A program made the translations under genes and the position numbers. A stretch of DNA of 64,000 nucleotides, taken from Massalongia carnosa. Lineage: Eukaryota. The stretch's first letter is position 1, and each line of letters starts with the position of its first letter. The notes under the pieces were generated by a model. The model was not told the origin of the DNA, ran no database searches, and saw nothing but the letters and a program-made list of their open reading frames with translations. Shown here piece by piece: positions 1 to 11,688 of the stretch. Where the stretch lies: NCBI GenBank assembly GCA_965645245.1, contig OZ287067.1, forward strand, positions 1,054,001-1,118,000. The letters are read 5' to 3'.

Positions 1-131
1 GATTGTGCTGCTATAGGTTGTCAGCTGAGGGACGGTTTGGGATTTATGGTGGCTATTTTACCTTGGCTTTTCAGCAAAGGTTGCCGCCCATATCTCTTAA
101 CATCCGATTTTGCTCGTGGTGGGGACATCAT
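1..131 (-). CDS. Possible first exon and intron of a gene running off the left edge
   Basis: ATG at 131 opens MMSPPRAKSDVKRYGRQPLLKSQ, followed by an intron-like segment GTAAAA...GCTGAC...TAG (~61-11). No homology recognised. Confidence 0.3.
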
Positions 132-1457
132 GATTGGGAATGAGGGGACAGGAGGCATTCGTCTTTATTGCCGCTTGGTGCACTGTAGGATGGTGTTACG
201 AATAACACCGACGGAAGGTGTGGTGGTTGGCAGGCAACGAAGCCTTGGCGGCGGCATAATTTTGGCTGCTACAGTAGCCTAATTGGTCCATGAGTCATCG
301 GACAATTCGGCCCGTCCGCCTGAAACATATCGTTCTATGCAGCTGAACACAGCGCTCACAGATCCAATGCAACCATTCACAGCCACTGCGAGAGCCGCTA
401 ATGGCGGGCCGGTGTTTCCGCTGCGCTATCAGATACCATTTTATGCACGATTTACTAATTTCGGCATGGTAGCCTACGCTGTTAGCTATAGTGAGCTAAC
501 AGGTCCAATGTAGAAGGCTAGCACGGAATAATTGTTGCTCTAGCAATTCATGTATAAGAACACTGCTAAATACCTGCTTCATCACCGTATTTTCATTGCC
601 TTACCCAACGCATTCTGATCTCAGTCTTAGGCTTCCCTCCACAATACCCACCTGCTGCAAGAAATCCCATTTTGCAAACCCACTTGTGGTGCTTTTCCCG
701 GAAAAAGTATGGCTAGTAACCGAATTCTTGATAAAGTGGTTCTAGCCACGATTCAAAAGGCTTCTCAGCGGTTTGTACTTGAGGCAGCGACAGAGACACA
801 AACATTTCAACGAACCGAGGAGCATGTCAATGCCGCCAAAGCCAGAATAATCGGTATTGTCCAGGGCAGTGATAAGATGTTGCCTGCAAATACGGCGAAA
901 GCGGTTGTGCGGTGAGTGCTCAGCCAAGATGCCGGATATAGACATAGCTCTGAACTTCGACGAAGCGAATTTGAACATGGAGCCGATAATCATATCGACG
1001 TGGTCTGCCTTGATAAGGATGGCAAATACATTAAGACCGAGCATATTATACCAAAGAAATGAGACTCGACGGGTTGACTGTTACAGGCGGGCATGAATCG
1101 TAGGTATTTTGGGGCTGCCTTGATCTTGATTTGTAAATTGGGTTAGACGGAGAGCAAGCCTTGACTCTAGAGCTAGATGGGAAGCATTTAGATACAATCA
1201 GAAAAGTGTTGGACATCGACATAGGTGGGGGAGTATGGTACTATATTATGTTCCGTGCAAAGTCAGGCCACATGTTGTAGAGACAGTGCTAGTAATGATC
1301 CACGTAAGCTGCTGCGTCAGTCCTTCACGATGAAAGAAGCTGATTAGCGTTGAACGGCTGCTGAGCACCATTTTAAGCTGCAATTCTAGCATTACAAGAC
1401 CAGGCATATTCTTGATTTCCATAGAAAAAGAACCTGAGATGAAAGTAATGCGAGATG

Positions 1458-2583
1458 CTAATCCGCAACGCCCGAAAGCCATCGGTCCTGCAGAAGGTCT
1501 TGGGCTGATGGTCGATCTCTCGGGTCAAGCTTCATTAATCTATCAAGGAAAGCCATGGTCTCCTTACAGAAATGAATAGCAAGTGTATTTCTGTATTTCC
1601 TTCTCCCTCCTTTTTGAGTAACAAGCCCCTCAATACCGTGGAGGTATTCTGCCGTGACGGTGTCTGAAAGTTCCACGTATTTGTCTGGAAAAGGTCCAAA
1701 ATAAGCACATTGAAGCGTAAGGACCATAACCGGATATATCTCATCTTTCTCATCCACTCCAAGCGGACTAAACAATCTGGCTCCGGTTAGAGCCCACGTT
1801 ATCTACGCTTAAAATTAATATGCTTGTCTTGCTTTCACTGGTAATCATGGTTGCCACATACCAGCGTGCCAAGAGCCCATAGATCCACTTTTGTTGTCCA
1901 GGGCAGTCCAAACAACCCTTCGGGTGCGCGATACGTCGGATGAGTAAAGATATGGTGTGTAGCCGGCTCTATTCTGATGGAATCACCCAGGTCGATCAGT
2001 TTAATCCTGCTGAGTGTACCATGCTGATCGAAATCAACGACTATGTTGTCGGATTTGATGTCTGAAATCCAGCTTCAGTAAAGCCACGGTAGGCTGAGAA
2101 CTCACGAAGGGGTTTCGTTTTAAAACATACCTGTGTGTGCAATACCCTTCTCATGCATTGTTACCAGTCCCTTGAGGACAACCCTGGTCAACCTTTTAAT
2201 CTCCTCTTCCTCGAGCTTCTGCTGGGGCCGCGTGTACAATACGTTGTGGAGGTTGTCGGCAAGATATTCATACACCATAATCTTCTGATCCGGGATCAGA
2301 TTAACTAATTGTCGAAAGGAGCCGTGACCACGAAGGTATCCATCAAGGGCTTTGGCCTCGGCGTTGTAAGATTGGCTATCGCGAGCTTCTTTGAGAATTA
2401 CGTGCTGTTGATCGTTGCTGCCACACATTAGCAAAGATGCCAAAACATTGGGTTGACCTAACGAGCTCCCTACCTTTGTCCCAGCCAGACATTCGGACAA
2501 TCATTTCTAATTAGTCGCAAGACTCTATACGTCGCTTTTCGCCAGTTGCCGCGAAGAACGAGATTTGGCCGCAGTAAAGACAT
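1458..2583 (-). CDS. Ser/Thr protein kinase (compact single domain, about 4 exons)
   Basis: Spliced reading gives VILK (VAIK-like), IAHTDIKSDN catalytic loop, LIDLG, YRAPE, VDLWALG, and LDPRDRPSAQDLLQDRW. GT-AG introns lie at about 2473-2420, 2131-2063 and from 1861. ATG at 2583. Confidence 0.85.
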
Positions 2584-3077
2584 GGAAGCTGCGCTACAGA
2601 AAATTAGGAGAGCTGAAATGACAGTTGACCTAACTCCGGATAGCGCAGTTCCAGGCCACTAGCCACCGCCAATTAGTGGCTTGGCTTCTGCCTTAAAAAC
2701 ATAACTAAGGTGGGGAACTCTTCCCCCATTTTTCCATTCCTGAAAAATATACACCATTAAAACATCGATTTACGGTCACGTGGTATTCAAAAGGCACAAA
2801 ATTCATAGAAAGACTGTGATTCGATAGCAGAGGAAAGTTGCCCTTCAGGGAAATTCGACTCAAGAAGTTCGGTTTTGTGTAGACTTGGCAAGGATGCCAT
2901 GAAGCAAGGTGGTGGTTAAGAGTTGTCTGAGAAACTATGGAGGAAGCGGGTTAAATACACTATGCTTGGCAGCACCTTCCCTGACCTTCCCCAGCTACCT
3001 AACTGGAAGCTACCACCTTTCTATCCCGTAACACTCTGAAAGCAAACTTTAGTACATGACTCCTGTTAGCCATAAAT

Positions 3078-3953
3078 ATGGCCTTCTTTCCCAAGACCTA
3101 TTTCCTATGTCCACCATCCGATTTCATCTTCCCACCTCCAGCTGGTCCATTGACTCTTGGCACCATCATCCGATCGACCTCGACGCCGCAGGTTCCCCTC
3201 AACAGAGCGAGTGTCGTTCCCGTGGCGAACGAGAATCCCCCCGTGGTCGAGACGGATTGGAAAAAGACGGTCACGCATGAAACGAAATTTGGCTTTGGTA
3301 TCTACGCGCAGTTCTTGCAGATGGCCGTGGGCGGCGGTCTGGGACCGGAAGTCGATGTCGGGCACTCGCGCCAGAGAGTGAATACTTTTTATTTTGATGC
3401 CATGACTACGCTCGTGTTCGAGCCGACGACCGAGTATATTCACGAAGCTGTACGAGCGCCCTCGGTGCAGACTTATTTGAAGGACCATAAGCAGCGTTTC
3501 GCCCCTAGTGTCTCGCTCTTCCTCGTTACCGGCATGAAGATTGTCAAGGGCGCGAATATCAAGTACTCAACCTCGGCAACGAGTGGAGTTGCGGCAAATG
3601 TGGGCATCGCCTCAAGTGCACTTGGTGGTATGAGTGTGGGACCAAAGGGCCATTGGACAAGTACGACCGAAGACGAGAACGAATTCAAGCGGGATGCTGA
3701 ATTTGTTTTTGCTTTTCGCGTCAAAAGGCTCAGGTTTAAGAAGAAGGTAGAGGTGGAAGACTACAACAAGGGTGCGTTCTTATCGATCAATGATGGCAAA
3801 GACAACCACGAAATACAACATGTTTTGATAGATGACCAAGATGGTTCTGACATTGAAACCGCAAATCTTGTGTCGGATGTGACCGAAGACGGTCCTGTGT
3901 ATTGTGTTGCTGCTTCGTTACCCAATGTCCAAACAAGATCGGGTAATACATAA
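3078..3953 (+). CDS. Fungal gasdermin-like pore-forming protein (HET-Q1/RCD-1 family), 291 aa
   Basis: Intronless ORF with motifs typical of fungal gasdermins: YFLCPPSDF..PPPAGPLTLGTII, SLFLVTGMKIVKGA, FVFAFRVKRL and YNKGAFL, followed by a short acidic tail. It sits next to an S8 protease. Confidence 0.82.
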   Translation: MAFFPKTYFLCPPSDFIFPPPAGPLTLGTIIRSTSTPQVPLNRASVVPVANENPPVVETDWKKTVTHETKFGFGIYAQFLQMAVGGGLGPEVDVGHSRQRVNTFYFDAMTTLVFEPTTEYIHEAVRAPSVQTYLKDHKQRFAPSVSLFLVTGMKIVKGANIKYSTSATSGVAANVGIASSALGGMSVGPKGHWTSTTEDENEFKRDAEFVFAFRVKRLRFKKKVEVEDYNKGAFLSINDGKDNHEIQHVLIDDQDGSDIETANLVSDVTEDGPVYCVAASLPNVQTRSGNT

Positions 3954-4010
3954 ATGAATTTCAAGCATCCACAAAGGAATGAACTTGGGTATCCTAATCA
4001 TACATATGTT

Positions 4011-7000
4011 CTAATCATACATATGTTTTTTGATATCCTTGATCTTGTTATATACCTCTTTCCTTGACGAGTCTGTATCAAATAATATATGAGGCGTGAT
4101 ATAGTCATAACCTACTCCTCTTCTCTGTCTGACCATGTGCTTTAGAATTGCATCCATTGCATGGACATCATTGATCCATGACCCTAATAAATCGCTGCCA
4201 GCAGGCAAGTCCCGTTCCTGCTGCCGGACAAAGGATATAATCGAGGCAGCAAGTCCTGCAGCAATTGGCGTTGCTACTGAGGTTCCTGACATAATGTTCA
4301 CAAAGTCATTATGTCCTTTTTTCCCTGCTGGCCAATGTGAACTGACATTTTCCCCGAGCAGACTGAAATTGACGTCTTTCTCGTCAGCTGTAGGGTTGAA
4401 GGTAGACGGGTTACCGTTTCCATCAGTCGCGTGTATGCAAAACACACCAGGGTATTTAGCTGGGAACGATCGACCGAGATTTGCTCCGTCATTCGATGCT
4501 GCAGCGAACATGAGTATATTATTGTGTAATGCAGTCGATATGGCTATTTTGATACGCTCATGATATTCGCGGATTCCGAATGACATCGTGATGACATCAA
4601 CTTTCCATTCCGTGACTGCGTGATCAATCGCCTATTCGATGATTAGTACATGTCATATTCAATTTTACAAAGAGCAAGACTTGCCTCTGCAATTGTGTCA
4701 TAGCTATCGCGGCTCAGGGTATCCTGACTTGCGATTTTGGCGATGTATATCTCAGCGCATGTAGCAAATCTGAGAAGGAGACCAAGAGCATGAGTCCCGT
4801 GCCCAATCTCGTCCTGGATGTCAAAAGGCCCAGCTCCAGATACGAAATTTTGTACTCCCTTAATTCTTGAATCAAATTGTCCATCATTGATCAGTAATGG
4901 ATTGCTAGGATCAAGTCCGGAATCCAACATTGCTATTCGTACCTGCCGCAGGTTCTGGGGAGAACTCGCGATCGATCCCGCAGGTAGCTGTGTAGTAGTA
5001 TCAAAGGGATCGACATGATGATAGATTGACGATGAAAGGCTGTCCATCCATTTTTCCGATAGTGTAGTGCTAGTTTTTACTTAGTAGTGAAGAGAGGTCG
5101 CCAGAAAGCAGTGAGATACTTACTCAGGCGAAGTAGCTACGAAGTGGCTTGCGTCAAAGAAGCATAGGCTTTTGGTAGAGGAGTCTGCACGGCGTCAGCG
5201 GCTTTGAAGGCCCCGTAGACTCATCATACCTTTGGCGTGGAGCTGTTGAACCGGGACATGCATATCCGCAGCTTTATTGTTCGTAACGATGTTAAAGGAA
5301 GTCGAATTGAGGGCTGGAGGCGAAAGTACTGCCAAATATTCGTTGCTTCTAGCACCGGATAGAGGTTTGCTTGTTTGTTGGCGGATGAGATCTCCGCCGA
5401 TCGTGCCCCAGCAACGTTTGTTTTCCCGAGAGTCGAGGTCATTCAGTTCCTCTGGTCGAAGTTGCCACGTCTTAAATACCTCGGATTCAAGGCGCTTGAT
5501 AACATTCTGGTAGAAAAGTCTTTGAACGCTGGTAGACTCAAAATTCGTGAGCTCTCCGGTAGGAAAATATTCCCACTTCAAGCATGCTTTGGCAGCGAGA
5601 TAATAATCTATACCGACATTGACTTCCAGATCTTCAAGAATATCGAGGGCGGTATAATAGTCAGCATTAATGTTTCGGACCGTCTCGGCGTCGGTTTGCC
5701 ATGACCCGACAGGTCTGCAGTATTGAAGCTCGCACAAGAGGATACCCAGAGCCAGTACGCTTGCATTAGGATGTACCATGTGCTTCTGGGATTCACTTTG
5801 GTTCTCTCCAGTACTAGTCTTCCTGGCTGAGATAATTGGAGCTTGCTCCACGGTTAGGAAGGGTTTCGTGATATCGGGTAGCTCTCCGTGCTGTATCGGC
5901 TGAATGAAGTGAATGTTCGAGTGGTTAAATGAGGGTTGCACCCATGGCGTCTCCAAGAACGGAAGTAATGCTGTGGCGAGTGTGACTGCTAGGATACGTT
6001 TTCCCTTATATGGTAAGACAAACGAACCACCGTGCAGCTCCTGTTGGCGCTGGAAAATATCCGCGAGGGATAACATACCCGGCTTTTCAGCATCGTCAAA
6101 TGTTTTGGGTTGGGGGCGCAGCCTCTTAAATGATCTGTCCTCGTAAAGAAGATGCAAGCAATTGCGATGGTCTAGTGACTCAGTGATTGACTGACAGATG
6201 TGCGTAGATTCAGCGAGCTTATTCGATGCAAGTCTGGGAGAGCTTGTGGTCTTTTCGTCGTGTTTGTCTCTGTTCTTACTCAGTACATCCGGAGTCGAAG
6301 AGAACGGCTAGACTTACTTCACCGTGATCTTGCCCTCTTGCTGTGTGATTGCAAGAAGAGATCGGATGCCAAAGGACACTTCGAAACATGTCTCTGATTG
6401 AGAGGACTTCTCCCGTCGGGGCAACGAAAGTCTAACACTCAAACCTGCGCACTTCTGACAAACGCAAGTCCATTGTGTTCGTAATCCCTGATGCAGCGAC
6501 ATTGAATGTCTTCTCGTAAGAATAGCCAAGTCTGCTTCGGGGGCGCCAATTTCGTCGTCCACCTCAGCCTCCTCGCGGTGCAGAACCCGTCTCTTTCTTG
6601 CTTGCATGTCCATGCGTGACAGCTCCTCAAGAATGGCGTCTTTCTCGCGCTTACGCTTGCGCCTGCTGGTGGGAATGTTGGATGGTGGATCAGTATGCGT
6701 GCCATGATCAGGTTGCTGAATCATGCGACGGACAGCCTGCAGCTTTGGGTACGGTACAGGGCTGTTCAAGTCCTGCTGCTATCGTCCGTTGGTCAACAGT
6801 TGTGGCAAGATGTAGATTGAAGTAGTGAGATTTGCTCGAAGGGAAGATACTAACTGTATCTGAGTCCAGATCAGAGTCATAGTGAACAAGATTTTCGAAT
6901 GTTGTCAACGTTCTTTTGACTTGGGCCGGCTCAAAATCGTCAAAATCGTTGGTCTCGTGCTGGAGATACGATTCGGTCCTCACCCAGGCATCGAGTGCTT

Positions 7001-7097
7001 GTGATTGCAGCGATGCGGGCGCTGACCTCTCTGGCTGTTTTCGAGCGAAGAATCCGAGTATGCTTTTAAGCAGTCCTCGTGCGTCTTCATTATCCAT
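4011..7097 (-). CDS. Subtilisin-like S8 serine protease with long N-terminal region (HET-Q2-like), multi-exon
   Basis: Catalytic motifs RIAMLDSG (Asp), GHGTH (His), AAASNDG (oxyanion Asn) and SGTSVATP (Ser) lie in the 3' exons. Upstream ORFs 6708-7097, 6314-6769 and 5195-6157 join through GT-AG introns. No signal peptide is evident. Confidence 0.88.
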
Positions 7098-7421
7098 GTT
7101 ATCGGATCTCCATTACTCGGATGCGGAGGGGTTTGAAGAGATTCTAGGTCTGGGAGGCTTTTGGATGAATCATACATATTCTTTGATTTGGTTACGATGA
7201 TACAAATGGTCAGCCTCGAGGTCACCACTCTAGGGTAGCGCCCGCGGCTCGAGTTTCAGCTCCAGTGCTACGGTACGGCATATTGAAAGTTCCTGCAATA
7301 GGTACCTAGACCAACCATTTTCTAAGCGTATTACGCGTAACTTGATACAAGCCGCACTTCACACTACAATCTAAGATCTTTTTACTTTCTAGTGGACTCT
7401 GTTCAGATCTATGTTGACATC

Positions 7422-8473
7422 TCAAGGCGAACAAACCGGATTCTGATACCTCCAGTCGTAGACTTTGAGCATAACGTAATGATGAATAGCAACAGCAAAT
7501 ACAACGGAAAAATGGAAAATCTGATGTGATGATCCGCAAAGATCAAATCTCTTCGGATTCGACCTCTCTGGAAAATCGGCCTACCATGCAATTAGTCTAC
7601 CTGATATTGTCTTCACAGGCTGAATCTATACTTACTGCATAGAAGAGCATGCCAGTAGTGAGCGATGCAAGCTCAGCCACATAGTAGAGCCAGCCAGTCT
7701 GTAGAGTTGCTTGGCTATATGGAACGATACGAGGGAAGTAGAGAAGAGGTATAAATACGGGGATGGCAGTCGCAAGAAAGGCAGCGAGTCGAAGCAACCT
7801 CCACTCAACGCCCTGCAATCGAGGGTGTAATACAACAATGATCGATAGCAGCCCAGGAATGCCAATCTGTGAGCCGGCCATGATTAGTGCTCGTACATTT
7901 TCAGTTGACATTTCGACTCAAGCTTACCAGAGGTAAATAAAAATGTCGCAGACCTGGCTCACAGTAAAAGCCGAAGTGCGTTCCCGACATGCCAGATCCG
8001 GCGAGTTGGAGAATGATAGCGACATAATCCAAACGGCCCCAGAAATTCGCATAGAATTCTGAGTGGGAGAGGGATATATGGTAGGCAGTTGAGACTGTGA
8101 AGCAAAAGGTCGAGACGCCTAGGTGAAGATAGAATGCTAGCTGGTCTATCCAGAGTGCATTTGGGTAATGCGCGCGGAAGTACAGGTGAATGAAGGCAGC
8201 CCTAGTGAAGGTGATAGCTGCTGGCACCATATGGGAGTATATGTTGACGGTCTCATTGTGAACATATCCCAAGCTCTCGACGCATTGCTGAAGCGAGTCA
8301 GAGATAGGGCGGAAGCCAGTAAGAAGAAAGGGATTGTGTGAGCACCACGACGGCACCTCATGCCGCCCCAGAAGTTTGCGCTTCGTCCTAGGCCGCTTGG
8401 CAATTGGGTACTTCGGAGACTTCTTCTGCACATCATTGCTGTCACCGGGAGACGAACGTTGATATAGAGGCAT
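7422..8473 (-). CDS. PAQR / hemolysin-III family membrane receptor (Izh/AdipoR-like), 3 exons
   Basis: Motifs HNETVNIYSH, STAYH, RLDYVAI and last-exon FPER..PKRFDLCGSSHQIFH, with multiple hydrophobic helices. Stop TGA at 7424-7422. Confidence 0.88.
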
Positions 8474-8634
8474 GGGAAGCGGTGCTTGAATTTAATACTT
8501 AGTTCACTTAGGCATCGACTTTTCGAACACTTGGTTTTGAGAGATGGAGACTGGAGCGTTGGTATGTAATGAAGAAAGACAAGGCTGTGCGTGGGTAGAA
8601 AGATATACCCCCACGTGTACACAAAGCTGTTGTA

Positions 8635-9994
8635 CTATCCCCCCCCCTGAATAATTGTAAAAACATGGGTTTTTTGCATGGGGGGGTGCAGGGGAGCATA
8701 CAGGGGTAAGTTGACCAATCAAATCAGTGGAATCTTCTCGAATCGAGGCTAATTTTCAATATATGTGAGTTTTGTAGATGCTTTCGTCGCATCAATTTTC
8801 TTGTCGCAATGAAATCATCTTCTCGAAAAGAATACAATAATTCAACTTCTCGTGATCAACGATTAGCTATTCAAACAACTCTTTTATTCAAAGTCCCCTA
8901 TATCGAAATTCAAAGTAAACTGAATGTTACGCGTCGTCAAATTTCATACGTACGCAATCAGTCCACGACTTCACAAAAGCACAAGTGTGAAAGAAAGCCT
9001 TTGCTGCGTACGCCTCAGCGAAATTCTTTGAATAAATGAATTCAACTATCGCTCTCTCATAAGCGAATATCATGAAGACATATTTCAGATCAAGTCTTCG
9101 AGTTGAATTTAATAGAAACGAAAGAAAAAGTCATGCAAACAGTCTTTCGTCAGCTTGAATATTGTCGTCGTGCGAGCAAAAGAAAGGACTTTTCGAACGA
9201 TTCACGAGTCAAAAATCTTCGCCTTCAATTCGTTCACGAAGAAGTCATCTGATCGCGCGAACGAGTATATAATCAGATATTTTCTGACGAGGTTTGAGCA
9301 AATGAGAAAGCACATATCACATCGTACGTCACGATCAAAGAAGATGACTCTGATAAATACGCAGAATCGAACGTTCAACATAAATACAGCAAATGTTCTG
9401 CATGAATGTTTCATGAAACGATATATCAGAAAAGAAAGAGCTCAGCTGTCTTTTGAGAAAAAGAATGAGAAAGTATTGATTCAGTCAAATATGATCAGTT
9501 CATTTTACTTGACATTCAGGCTTTGATGAAAGCACATCCTGAACTGACGTATATGCAAGATAACGCTTCATCTCATCGATTCAAATTGACAGAGACAAAT
9601 TTGCAAAGAAGAGAAATTCGTACGATCAAATGATCTTCTTATTCTTCTGATTTGAATCTCATTGAGCATGTATGAAGCTGAATGAAAAACTGAATACAGA
9701 AACGATATTGAGAGTTCAGATGAAACGTGATCAACATGCCTTTGAATCGATTGAGAATTGTCATTTGAAAAGCATGAGAGGCCGTGCCTGATGATTTCAT
9801 TGAATGTCTTGTAAATAGCTGATGAAGTCGATGTAGGACCGTCATTGAAGCTCAAGGCGGTTCTATCAAATATTGAAATTAGCCTCGATCGCAAAATTCC
9901 ACTGATTTGATTGGTCAACTTACCCCTGTATGCTCCCCTGCACCCCCCCATGCAAAAAACCCATGTTTTTACAATTATTCAGGGGGGGGGATAG
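8635..9994 (+). mobile_element. Tc1/mariner DNA transposon, family 1, decayed (1360 bp)
   Basis: TA at 8633-34 and 9995-96. Terminal inverted repeats (TIRs) of about 100 bp, extending imperfectly to about 125 bp. Transposase relic from ATG 8809 with YMQDNASSH and *SSYSSDLNLIEHV* (WPPYSPDLNPIE-like); Trp codons converted to TGA. Confidence 0.92.
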
Positions 9995-10807
9995 TAGGTG
10001 TTGAGAAAAATTAGAGGGGCTGGACTGCGCAATTTAGGAAGCTGTCATGTCCAGCGCACGGTTGTAGCCTTATTTTGCTGCCCCCACCACCCCCAAAGAT
10101 CCTTGAAAAATTGGTCCGAAAGGGAGACGGCCTGAAACCGATACAGTCCCTGGAAAAAAGTTTCCGCGATTAAGCGAGATTTCGTGATTTTCGTGTCGCG
10201 ACCCCATCAACCCATCATTTGTAAATAATTCTATCATAATGAAACGAACTCCTTTAGCTATCATATCTTCAAATCGTGTTTTCAAGACTGAGCTGACTCC
10301 TTATCAAAGAGGAATTTTGATAGAAGCAGCTAGTTTGAAAGCTACATCAGTTGAAATTCAGAAGATCTCTGAAATTCGAGAATCAACGGTCAGATATTGA
10401 AGAGGGGTAGTCGTGGGTGGTGCATACGTGATGACCTCAAGGAGAGAAGACCGGCAGAAAGCAAACAAGGAACACACGTGAAAACAACAAACAGAACGTT
10501 GGCGGTGACGACTCGGCCACTCTGACACTGTCACTCGGACACGAATACTGACTCTGAAGGAAAGAAAAATATTGATTGCCTGTCTGTCTAGAGGGTGAAA
10601 CTTCCCCTATCTATAGAAAAATGGGCGCCTTAGCCCCGGAAAAACCTCCCCTCCGCTCCGTCCACACCAATCTCCCCCCCTCTCCTCAGCACCTGCCCTT
10701 GTCCCTATTCACCCTATCACACACCCACAGACCCCCATTGATGCCGTCCCCTGGCATCAATGTCTGCCTGTACTATCCGCCCACCCAGTCGGCGGCGCTC
10801 CCAAGTC

Positions 10808-11408
10808 TCACCACGTGTCCGTCTCGGGCATGGACCGCAAGCGGTCCACCCCTCTCTTCCTTTCTGCCCACAACCTTGTTAACCGCCTCACCTGTTCCTT
10901 AGGTTCGATAGGAGTTTTTAGTCCGAATAGGGCAGCAAGCATATTCACGTGACGAACACACAAACCTATGGATCCATACTGATAGAAGGAGAGGAGCTCG
11001 ATACTCCGGGTGGAGCTCGATTCCCCCTCCCCCTCCAGGTCTGCTACCCACTCTTCTGGTGCCGTGCATGCGCATCTCTCGTCCTCTTCTTCCCCCAGTA
11101 TCTTTCCCCCCGTGTCCGGCGCACAACTCCCCGGCCTCCGTCTTCACATATCCGAATCTCTCCCTCAGGCCACTCCGCCCCGTAACCAGTTCATTCATGG
11201 TTCCATCGGACTCTAAGTAGTCCCAGAATTTTGCTACAGTGTCCTCAAAATGTGCGCCCATTTCTTCTAGCGACCCGGCCACTAACTCCTGTGCCTGAAG
11301 GCGTACTGGTGGTGGTAATGTGCCCATGTAGGCAATCGCACTATCTAGGGTGGGGAACTCTCTATCCCCGGCCCGTATCTTGACCACCTGGAACTCAGAG
11401 AAGGTCAT
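10808..11408 (-). pseudogene. Extra ORF3 in element A between pol and the 3' LTR, apparently frameshifted
   Basis: ORF 11408-10899 is protein-like for about 90 aa. The +1 frame is open from about 11143 to 10808 and reads EEEDERCACTAPEEW...GLCVRHVNMLAALFGLKT...W*. Confidence 0.5.
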
Positions 11409-11688
11409 GAGGGGAACACACGATCAGGTTATGGAAAGGCAGATGTAAATATGAGAAGAGAGGAGTTGTACTAGGTGTAAAAGTTTTGCTGATGATTGAT
11501 GAAAAGATGAAAGCTGAGGAAGGAGAGAACACAAGACGTGAGGAGTTCTTATGGCTACGTCTTTAGGTGAGGGAGGAAATTGGTCAATACGTGAAGTTCA
11601 AATCCAAGGAAACTCTCACTTCTTCACTTATACAAAGGAAAATCATCATGAAAGAGCGACTACAGTCAGAAACACACACACACTCGGT

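Noticed and set aside
709..1096. Short ORFs, possible small spliced gene
   Set aside because: No recognisable motifs and no convincing exon chain.
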